This document shows, piece after piece, positions 24,952-35,922 of a stretch of 55,774 nucleotides of DNA. Each line of letters starts with the position of its first letter. Position 1 is the stretch's first letter. A program made the position numbers and the translations under genes. Under the pieces are notes generated by a model that saw only the letters and a list, made by a program, of their open reading frames with translations, was not told the origin of the DNA and made no database searches. Location: positions 1-55,774 of the forward strand of contig ADNK01002494.1 in the NCBI GenBank assembly GCA_000320545.1, read 5' to 3'. This DNA comes from Bigelowiella natans CCMP2755 (lineage: Eukaryota; Protista; Cercozoa).

Positions 24952-27900
24952 TCATATATCGATGACATTAATTTTGCCATCCGCATGTTCCACAGTCTTT
25001 TGTTCCGTGGCCTTTTGTTTCGAATTGCTGTCAGAATCAACCGCCATCATCGAGTTGTAGGATGGCGATGTGCTGCCTGGAGGAGTATTTCCAAGCAAAG
25101 CATGATGGCTGCTGCTCTTTCTTTGCTTTCGCAGGGTTCTTTTCTGTTTGATAAGATAGGATCACAGAGCAACCATAAAACAATGGACGATAATAATGGG
25201 TTTTTACATCACCCTTGGCGGAGTTAAGTGAACTTTCGACGTTTTAAGGTGAACGCTGGATGCTTTTCCTAATGCCAACTCGATAACGTTGCTTTCCATA
25301 GAGGTATCTTAAATGATGTAGGCAAAAACATCCTTTATTGACGTTTCTACCGGTTCTTGCATTAGAACTACCTCCAATTCCACTTAAAGTAGACTTACTT
25401 CCTATTCCACTTAAAGAGGACTTACTCCCTGTTCCACTTGAAGTAGATTTTTTTCTCCTGTGCTTGCTGTGATGGTGATGATGGTGATGGGTAGGCACGG
25501 CATTCGGCACGAATTCTCCGATCTAAGCAATAGTTCTTAAGTTTGAAAATGGATGCTGCATATCAATGATTTGTACATCTCACCATAAAAACGAGCTTAC
25601 GACAAAAACTGCGATCCCTGAAAAACTTTTCCAAAGGTTCTAATCTGTAGGTAAAAATATGTATTGGAATGCCAAAGGAATAATACACCAACACTTCAAA
25701 ACTATATTTTCGTGACTTGAAGTCAGATGACGACTCTCTGGCTATGTGATCCGAGGATTGTCCAGCAGTTTGCTGTTTTGTGTCGGATCGTCGCGACGAC
25801 TTGAGTGATGGACTGAATTAGTTTATCTATGAGTACTAAACTTATGCAGGAGATGAAATATTGTACAGGAGAAATGTAAGAAGCGCAAGTCGTCTTGGAT
25901 CCCTTTGAGGTTATGGGAGTACAGTATCAGGGTCCGAAAATGTTGTTCATATGTTCGAGTCAAAACCTTATGGGTTTAGGAGGGTGTGAAATCGAAATAG
26001 ACATCATTCCACCGCGCATAGTCTATAATTAGAGAATGAATTAGAGGGAAAATAGATCATCCAATGGATATAAATATTAATTTACTCCTGCGACTGAGGA
26101 ATGTGAGACTGGCTGTATTGCACTTTTGGATTTTGAAGATTGACGCGACATCAGCGCTGAAAAGTATGGATGGTGCAGTTTCAACTGGTCAATCTATACT
26201 TTTGTGTATCGTCCGAACCTCTTTTATCGATTAATCTTAAGAAGAATGTGCTCAATCTTCCCAATACCATCAGACTATAAAGCTGTGTGTATGTAAACGC
26301 AACAGACATTTATTTGAGATCACTTGAACAACTTTCTTTCTTACAATGACATAGTGCGTCAACAACAGCTCCAGGATAATCCGTGTGACATTCGGTTCGA
26401 TATCAACCTAAAAAAATTCTGTCAGTTTACACATAATTAAATGAAGGAGGTAAAGACACCCGGATAGTTGATCCTTCCCTTTCATATTGATTCTTATCTG
26501 GTATGAACCCCAAAAAGAGAACTGCTGAAACCGTGATGCTGGAATTGAAAACAAGTTAGGCGTTTTCAGAATCATCACGGAATGAAGCACCCAATAACGT
26601 CGATAGCGCACCACCTAAAAAATATTATCTTCAGTGTACATAAGGATAACATAAGCACAATGTACTTTACCAGCACAGAAACCTTGAACTTCCATAAAAA
26701 CCTAGTTAAGTATAAATTGATAACTTCTGCAAGCTTGCTATAATTAAGTATTACCCAGCAATGCATTGTCGAAATCCTTGCCCCGCTGCCACAAACGCAT
26801 TCTCTCTATCAGAAAAATCGATAAATATCGATGCGGCATGATAATCGTATTTGTTTCTAAACGTATTACTCCAAAACGTGAAAAGTAGCCTTGCCAATGT
26901 CAAGCAGCTGGCAACTCCAAACACGCTTAATCATAGAAGAAAAATTAACACCAAAATTTGATTCAAATTGACATTTACAAACCTAAGTAGAGGAGGGCGA
27001 TTGATCCAAATAATAGCTGTATCTCGATCAAATTTGGCTGGTTGTTGCAATACTGCTAACTGTATCATTGATGTCTTTTTTTACTTTTATTAGGTAGAAC
27101 ACGTGATAGATAGCAAAATTACATACCGCTGATGAGAATAAAAGTGTTAATAACGCCATATCAGTTGTAGTCAATGCATAGATCCCAGGATGAAGGCGAG
27201 CCAATGTTCTTTAATAGTTCATTATTATCAAAATTCAAATGGTTACTTCGAAATAATCTTACCGGACAATCAGTCCGAAGAACTCTCTGAGCTTAGGAAT
27301 TCGTTTGCAATCAATAATCGCAGTGAAAAAAAGGATAAGGTAAAACAATCCCGATAAAGACCTACAACAATGACGGTTCAAGGAGTATTATTTCGTTGCC
27401 CTCGGACAGTTCAATGTTCAATGTTCAATCACACATCACACTCCTCAAACCCCGCCTTTTTGCTGCATAATGGAGGAAATAATAAAGGGGATACGATACG
27501 AACAATCGTCCTGATTCTATGCACTGAGGTACGGTTTTTGTTCAATGTTAGCAACCAGATTGTCATCCATATGATACGAATTACAGCAACTGATCGAGCT
27601 GCCAAAGGTTGAAGATAATAGCATGCCTGATATGCGCATACTGTCACCTTCAAAATTCTAACACACGTGCTTTTCATACATATACCTGCGGAGACTCAGA
27701 GGCTCTGATAAACGTATAGCCTTTCGTACCAGTTATCATGTTGCCACCACCTGGGCATACTCTGCGTGGAAAATTTTCAAATTATTGAGAAGGTCAAAAT
27801 ATGTTAAACAAAATTTACTGGCATGAAGTATTGTTGTGGTTCGAATAAGGTTGGTATTCTCCCAGACTGCACGGCAAACACTGATCGCCATTCTAATCAA

Positions 27901-28097
27901 ATGGAAATTTCACTGGTACCGAAAGCAGAGCTTTGTCGGAATTTCATAGGCATTACCAACTTATGTCCAGCCCCACACATGATTTGTGCATTCGTTGTGA
28001 TAACCCCCACCGAAAAGAGAGCGGGGCGTATTAGAAAGAGGAGCATTAAAACTGACAAGCCCATTCTGGGGGAGAGGCTTAAGCCCTGACCGGCCAT
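24952..28097 (-). CDS. Secreted Cys-rich (GCC2/GCC3, ephrin-receptor-like repeat) ectodomain plus multi-pass transmembrane protein with a Ser/His-rich tail
   Basis: Signal-peptide-like N-terminus (MAGQGLSLSPRMGLSVLMLLFLI). Exons NGDQCLPCSLGEYQPYSNHNNTSC and VCPGG, hydrophobic exons at about 26100-27400, last exon ending ...DGKINVIDI* at 24952. Confidence 0.6.
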
Positions 28098-28731
28098 TTT
28101 TGGATAAAGGAAGTCTATTGAAAATCCATGCGAATTTCAACTAGCGTCATCATGCTAAGCTTGGAGTCAGAGATATTCCACAGCAGTTAACATTTTCCAA
28201 GTTCTCGGAAAGAAAAACGTGTCTTCCAGCAACTCGAAAAACGTGTTTTAGAGTCCAGATCTAGCTCGAGCTCGAAACGTGTATTAGCTCGAATTTCCAA
28301 GGTGCGACAATGATAAAATCACACCGTACCGAATATCTTCCGCACTTTACCGTATGAACTGCTGAAGTTATTGATGATGATGTTGAAGTGTCAACATTTT
28401 TGTTGAGGCACAATAAAATTTTGACGCGCTTAAGAAAATTCCGAGGATTTTACCTCCTTCGTCACGACCTTCAACAATGTGCTCGAATGCCACGCTCTGA
28501 ACCTCATTAGAGATGAAATGCATGCCATTTCTTTACGTTCTTTGAAATTGCGAGAGGATTCAAGAGGAAGGGCTGGAGTACTTGGGATCCCGGTATTCTA
28601 TGTTCCTGTATCTAAACGAAGGAGAATTCTGCTAAAATTCTTTCTTTAATTTCTTCAACTTTGTTCTGCCCGCCAAACCTCCCCATAACCCAACTCTCAC
28701 TATCATCTCACTTCGTCTCCAAGCGCACGTG

Positions 28732-29366
28732 ATGGCCACACAAATTCTTTCGGATGAGGAAATCAAGTTGCCGCTGGCCAGAAAGAACACCGACTATCTT
28801 GATAAGGAAAAGGATGTGCACAAGCTCGAGACAATGGAAGACCTTTGGCCTCTCATATTTGAATCGTTCGATGCTAACGGAGTATGACAGCATCATATTC
28901 TAATTCGTCTGTACTAATCACTTAACTTCTGATATACTGTAGGACGGCAAGTTGTCACGATCTGAATTACAAAATGCGATGAAAGATGCTGGAAATGTAG
29001 GAAAGGTTAGATCGGTTTTAATCAGGCATGACTTAAATTCTCATGAGTAAAAATGTACAATGATAACAGGTATTGGCCGCCGCTGATTTAAACGCGGATA
29101 ACGAAGTATCTCTAGATGAATGGTTCGAGATGTATGACATGTAAGTCGAATAAGATTCCCCCTCCCCTCCCCCTCAGAAAGCACTGTAGCAGTATAAAAA
29201 GGATTATGTTAGTAGTTAAAGTAAGCTACCTACACATTGTGAAGTCGCCCTTCTCCTACTCGTTGATTTTGTCTTTACGTTGTTGTGCAGCATGATCGAA
29301 AAGTATGGTGAACCGGACGCAGCTTCCATTAAGCACGTGAAACAAATTTTAGATAAATTTCGTTGA
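28732..29366 (+). CDS. Small two-EF-hand calcium-binding protein (4 exons)
   Basis: Spliced MATQILSDEEIKLP...IFESFDANG/DGKLSRSELQNAMKDAGN/VLAAADLNADNEVSLDEWFEMYD/IMIEKYGE...KFR*, with consistent GT-AG phases. Confidence 0.85.
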
Positions 29367-29499
29367 GCGAACTTAGTTCCCATTGAAGTCACGAAGCCAC
29401 TCCATTTGCATTGAATTTACAAACTCTCTGAAGCAGTCGTTAACACTCTGAAGCAGTTCGTTTTATCATACCAATATTTCCATATGTTCACCAATCAAC

Positions 29500-29990
29500 T
29501 TTGACTAGTCTAGTAGTTGATGGCATTTACATTGTTTCTAGCATTGGCATGTGTTGTACTAGCTAGCTAGCTCTAGAGGTATCAGTCGAATATGCTAGTG
29601 TGTCTAGACATGTGCTAGCCATGTGGTTTCCCGAAGCCTAGAAGCGCTGCACGCGTGCTGTTTACATTGAAATGCCATGCAAGTCTCAAGTTGCTGATAG
29701 CGCTGTATTGGTAGTCGCCGTTCTCTACTTCTGGTGTTGAGATCATGATGCAAGCTAGCAAGCACGTGTTTCCCGTTTCGGTTCATGTTCTAGATGTTCA
29801 AACGTGCTTCTGAAATTGTAAATGAGCCATCTCTAGATCTGCACACATCTAGAAATGCGCCATCATGTGATTCTTAGTATTGCAACACGGTGAAGCTGTA
29901 GCCACACTAGCACAACAAGCAGCTAGACAGGCTAGCAAGTCATCAATGCTTTCAGATCTAGAGATACCAACAGTGAGCAAACACTAATCA
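29500..29990. other. CTAG-enriched, partly TpA-depleted tract between convergent genes
   Basis: Many CTAG, including a (CTAG)n run at about 29558-29570. CATG and TGCA are abundant. Confidence 0.7.
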
Positions 29991-29999
29991 TTGTGGTGT

Positions 30000-32900
30000 C
30001 AATTTTGCCTTCTACTTCCCTTCTTCTTTCCTAAGACGGACCTAAAATCAATCTGTCTGGGCGCTCCTGAGAAGACACGTGTTATGAAAAAATGTGCACA
30101 GGAGCGCTAGAGCGGGTGAACGCTGACCATTATCATTGCCTCGTTGATCCTTGATTCCTTTGGAATTTTTTTGTGACTTTTTCTTTGATTTAAGCACTGG
30201 TCCCATCCTAATTGCATCGATCACTGCATCCAAACCTTTTCCTTTCTGGTTCACAATACCGCGAGAAGTAAGTGCATAATATTTGAAATCACATATGAAA
30301 GATTAAATACCTGTCCAGCTACACCAATTTTCTTCCCAATCGCCTTCTTTGAAATCGTAAATCGCTGTGTAGTCCGCTCTTTATGCTATAATATGCAGAA
30401 TTTATCAACATGAAATTTTCTTTGTTAAATACATCTGTATCTCTCATTTTGTGTTACTTCAACTGGTAGACTCTTTACAAAATCCGATACGAAGTCCCGA
30501 AACGTTGCGAAAAATTCTGTAGAGGACATGCCTTTTGTGGCTTTTCCCTATTATTTTACGATCTATCAAGGAAACTTCACAGAGTCACAGAGTTTTATCA
30601 TATTCCAGCATAACCTTTTCACCATCCCCGAACCACTTCACAGTCCGATTATAAGTAGCAACTGCCTTATCCATTTCCTCCCTCGCATTATTTGGCTGAC
30701 ATAAATATTTTGAGCTGGGGAAAATTTTCATTTAACTTGATATTATTTACAAACCAATTCTGACGTGGTCGCAAAGAAGTCTTTTGCTACGTTTTCAAAT
30801 TTATCGTCAGGATCAATCCCTGCCTTGGCAACTTCTTTAGATTTATTTTGCATGCTGGAGTATCTCTGGGTCAATTTCTGTGCATTTGCGGTCATCTCAT
30901 CTATGGGGGGCAGTTCTGATGACTTATTAATCAGCAGTGGATATCTTTTTTTAATGTCCACAATGGTTGAGTCCTTCTTTTTCATCTCTGCTGCAACATA
31001 CTCGAGGAGCGAGATCTTGGCACCCTTCATGTTTCTTACTTTTCCAAGAAAAGAAATTTCGAATCCATCTGCACGTCCACGTTTTGTTCCTCCGTTTAGA
31101 TAATTTCCTATTACATAGAAGGTCCGCTTACAAAGATAATTTTACTTTAATTTTGTAGAATTTCTCTTTTCTTACCTACTGCTACAATTGTAGCGATAAT
31201 TTCACGGAGAGCTGTTCCGTTTACCAGCTCGTCACACACACGACAAAAGGTTTTCAGCTGATTGAGAAGCAGGGTACATTGATCTCGATACTGCAACGTG
31301 AATAACCATATATCAAGCCGGGGCTTAAGCATCTTTATCTCAGACCTAAAGTGCACACAATTCTCCATTTACAACTCAAGGAGGAAAAACAAAGTTCAAA
31401 ATTGGGAAATAATCGATACTTCAGCATATTCAAAGGGAAAAGGATTAATTGTTACGCACAGCATGATCAATAAACGCTCCGGTCCATCCCAGTCTATAAT
31501 TGCATCGTCTTCGCTTTCATCAATCTTAGCTGTTATACTGGCCATTGACTCCTGATCTGGAAGAATTCTCATAATTTTTTGGAGCTTATCCTCATCGAAT
31601 GACGAATCCATTGAAATTATACATCGCTTTGTGCCCTCTATGCCGGGAAGCTGAGCAAGCATGATACCCACTCGTTGTGAGATCTTTTGGTCAAGGACCT
31701 TTACCTTCTGTTTTCGCTTACTCTTTGTTTCCCCGTGCTTTCTTTCTCTAGTAACTTGCGGGCCTTTGGTATTTCGTTTCTTCGATTTATTAGCAAAGAG
31801 CATTTCCATAAGCTTCTCGTCGATCTCGATGTTAGCACCGTCTATATTCCGCCATATCGTCTCTGTGGCATCATGTTTCTCATCTGGTAGCACAATCCTA
31901 TTCCAGAAGATATTCTTCATTTTCACTTTTGGTTTGATAACAGGTTTTGTAACTATTGGCTTTGGTCCAGTTAACGTAGGCATCAGCTTCATACCTAGTA
32001 CAATTGGTCCGGATAGTTTCAATAATGTTGGAACAAGAAGAATTCGCTATCATTGTGGACTAACCTGGTGGTGCAGGCACACCGGAGGGGAGGCTTGGAG
32101 GAGGTGGGATCCCAGCTCCGGGAGGAGGGGGTATACCAGTTCCGGGAGGAGGGGGTATACCAGCTTCTTGTATGGAAGGAATGCCATCACCTCCTAATAT
32201 TATACCTCCTGGAGGTGGTGGCACTGACCCTGGAGTAAGAGATGGGGCAACGGTATTAGTTGCATCAGACTTTAATTGGCTCTGAGGTTCCCCTCCAGCT
32301 GTATTTCCTTCTCCCTCTTCCTTCTTTGCTTCCTCTGCTGCAGCTTTACTCGCCGCTTCAGATAGCGACAGGCCCGACCTTTTCACAATTTCGACGACAA
32401 TAGGGTCTTCGACCACATTTTTTATATTTGTTGACATCTCTGGAAACGGTTCTGTCGGAAACTCTGCTTCCTTGGGTAATGTATCTTTTACTTTTAGTCC
32501 TCCTTTACTTTCTACATTATTTTCAATGTTGCTCAATTGCGCAGGATGCTCTTGAAGCTGTGTTAGCAAGGATAGTAGATTTCTCTGAGTATGAAGCAAC
32601 TTCCTTATCCTTGAATCAGGTTCTTTCTCAATTTCCTTGAGCATAGCATTGAGTTTTTGTGACTTTTGATCCCTCTGTTTTTGGAATTCTGTCTTTGCTT
32701 GTTCCAGTTGCTGGAAATTTAATTAAATGGTGGTATTCAGAGATCTCATGAGATGATTTGAAAAAAATGAGTCACGACTGGAAAGTTACCTGTGTCAAGT
32801 CAGCAATATCTCCCTGCAAGGTGGTTGTTTTTTTTCGATGGTGATGTAGTTTGCTTTCATTCTCCTGCTGGTTCTGTTTCATCAAATCGATTTTCTTCCG

Positions 32901-34714
32901 TGAAACCTCGTTGAGATCTTTCTCGTATTTTGCGATATCCAGCTTCATAAACCCCATTTTATTGTGAACGCTAGTTGTCTTAATTTTGACTTGCGTCACC
33001 TCCTCCTTGAGGTCGCTCTCCTCCTCAACCATGGCTTTGTATTCTTTGATTATTTCTGACTTTTCTTGTTCTAGCTCTTCAAGTGTATTTTTGGACTTTG
33101 TATATTCATCTACACTCATCTCGACAACTTGCTTTACATATTCATTTTTTTCAATGAGATCATTTGTGATCAAATCCTCTCTCACAAAGTCTTGTATCGC
33201 TGATTTCCATGCTTTCATTTGTTCGTACATAATCTTCACAGAAGCTTCTTGCCTCATATAGTCTTCTCTAGCCTTCAAACTTTCTTCGTGTTGCATCTCT
33301 AGGGTCTCTAAGACTCTCTTCATCGCCATAACCTGTTCTTCCTGTTCACATAATATTTTTTGCATACATATGAATCTGTAGACTTTTAATTTTGGTTTTT
33401 AGTCAATTTCAAACAAGGGAACGAAACAGGAAATGAGAGTACCGTACAAGGTAATACACGTCCAGACAGAGCACGAAACTTGTCGAGGTTCAGTAGAAAA
33501 AGTTCGGTGGTGGTTTCGCATTTTTCAATCGCACTCTCTAACCCTGCTGCGGACGCTAGAGGTAGAAATTTGTTTCGCTGTTCAGTACTAGCTGTCTGTA
33601 ACATTACATTGAAGAAAACAAGTGCGTTCTCGTTTAATTCAATTCCTTTATTCTTTGATAAGAAATCGCATATTCTTTGGTAAGGGACGCGCCCAATTTC
33701 ATTGTCGACAGCAACGATAACATTGTGAATAAAAGTGTGCCCTTCGTTTGCAATCGAAGCCATTAGAAAGAGAAACTGCAATACTGTACTATTAAGTGTG
33801 ATCGATTCGGAGTAGACTAGGCGATAAAGGCGTTTCATGGCACCCTCCTTTTCTTGGAGGTAATTGAGAGGGGACTCATATTCACATGCCGTGTATAAGC
33901 AACCAACCCCTAGCTTTGTCATATTGTCCTTCTTACTACGTTCAAGCAACGTCATCAGCAGGTCCATGCCGCCCCCATCTACGAATTCTTCAACAAATAG
34001 TTCCCCCTTCAGCCAACCCTCGAAATTGAGAAGCCATCGGAGGTCGGACATTCTACCTGCTCCTTTTGAATCATCGTTTCCGAGCCAAATCTCAATTTCT
34101 TTTAGGGTTTCAAGGCTTGATTTTGCGTCTTTTACTTGATCAGCGAGGAAAAGAACAGCACCATCTAAAGTTTTATCAGTCTCTAAGTCGCTTGGAATAA
34201 CGTAACTAAGGCATCCCCTATTGTCCTGTCGCTCCAGCACAAAGTTCTCAGAATTTTCTGTGATGCCCATCTTGCTAGTAATCTCTCTGATAACATGTAA
34301 AAAGAAAGTTCTTTCATTCGAATATGTGTGATTTCATTACAAATCCTTGCATACCTAATATGTTCAGGATAGGACATCGAAGAATCGATGCAGTATTTGA
34401 TCTCTTTCCTTTTCAACTTGTCTGTACGGTTTGCAGAATATGTAACATAGCACTCGACATGATAACTTATCTCTGTAGTGACCCTAGAGCTGCTTTGAGT
34501 AAATAGGAAAGAAACGCCACGCAAATGGGGAGACGTTTTCAATTCACCTTAGCAAAATAGCAAAATCATATAAATGTGAAACGGAATTTAGTTCAGAGGT
34601 ATCAAAAGGAGTACCGTTGTTCATATCTCTTTCGTTAGCTAGTTGACTTTTCTCGACTTTAACATCTAAGACGTCGCTTGACTGACGAGAAAGTTGAGAG
34701 TCTGAATCCATCAT
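30000..34714 (-). CDS. Formin (FHOD-like GBD/FH3 armadillo region, coiled coil, FH1 polyproline, FH2); ends approximate
   Basis: FH2 motifs KMKNIFWNRI..TIW..LFA..KVLDQKISQRVGIML, PRLDIWLFTLQY, IIATIVAVG, ISLLEYVA. FH1 GIPPPPG repeats at about 32090-32220. N-terminal FVEEFVDGGGMDLL. Confidence 0.92.
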
Positions 34715-35545
34715 AGTACTCCAGTAGAGGATTGGAGAATGTTTATGGACGATTGCATAGAAGACTTTCGCCATATTTGCTGTGTGACAGGAGATGCTGG
34801 AGATGATGAATCGCCATTGTCTTCGGCGTTTGGAGAGGTCACCATGGGTGAGCTGGATATGGAAACAATCCACTTTCCCAACTGGATGGGGGGGGGAAAA
34901 CCCAAATGAAATTTATGTTATAATCAATTCCAATTAAGTGTAACGACATGCACATGTTTGGAAGATTCAGGGAAAAAGGCACGTCATTCTCTTCCTCGTT
35001 TCTCCGCTCTTCGAATCTTGGTTTTGCACCTAATCATGCCAATTTTTCGGCGAATGCAGTTCCATTTCTGAGATGCAAACATAAAATTGGAAATGAAATT
35101 GAGGGCATTTTCTTCAAAATGTGTCCAGTGCTCCGGGTAGAAGCCTCGGCAGCACTAATTCTTCGCTTCGCTCGCCGTGGCAAAAGTTGGCGCTCGCTAA
35201 AGACCAGTGAACAAATTCTTTGTTCCTGCAGGATGTCAGTAGCGCCATTCGCGCCGTGCGCACCACCAACTCGCCACATCATCCGTTGCTTGCGAGCACC
35301 TCCCCTTTTTTGGTGCAGGTGTGCAAGTTTTGTGCCTTGCACCCACCACCAGACTGGCTCTGGAGCGCCAGCCATCTGGCCACGTTTGTTCGCTCACGAC
35401 ATCATCAACGTGCTCATCTGCTGCCTCATCAACCAACTTCAAAGTGTGACGGTGCATGAACATCAAACGTTGAACATTGAACTTCGCATGAGTCTCGTTC
35501 AAGTGGCCCCATTGTGTCTCGCTAGCTCGTGCGTGAGCTGGTGAG

Positions 35546-35871
35546 TGTTGCGCGTAAGGTGTTCACAGGCCGAGGCGCTACGTGCACAAGTAGGCAGGGG
35601 GGGGGAAAGGCACGTTTGCTTCCTTTTGAAGAGTTGTGTTTATTTTTATTAAAGATTATATTTTTATTAAATCGTGCACTGCGTAATCATTCGCGAAGCT
35701 TTCGCGAATGCCGCCGCACGTGGGGCAGCACACTTCCGGTGTGCTGCCATGAGTCCCGCCGGAACCCACGTGCCTATGCTGTATTAATATCTACGTTATC
35801 TATATTCTATATCCGCGACAACCCCTTTGTTGTCGCACGTGACTTGTGCCCGCGTAGTGGTACGCGCTACA
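35546..35871 (-). repeat. 3' LTR (326 bp)
   Basis: TGTTGCGCGTA...TACGCGCTACA, identical to 40936-41261 by visual comparison. Confidence 0.97.
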
Positions 35872-35879
35872 CCTCCCCC
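35872..35879 (-). promoter_or_regulatory. Polypurine tract (GGGGGAGG) abutting the 3' LTR
   Basis: Purine run immediately 5' of the 3' LTR on the element strand. Confidence 0.85.
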
Positions 35880-35922
35880 AAGTCACGTTGCTCCTTCCTT
35901 CCTTCCTTATTCCCTTAGACCT

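Noticed and set aside
35529-35918. Plus-strand ORFs through the LTRs (35529-35918, 40919-41374) and antisense ORFs within gag-pol
   Set aside because: They start outside the LTR at non-ATG codons or are shadows of the long ORF. They are not an env-like gene.
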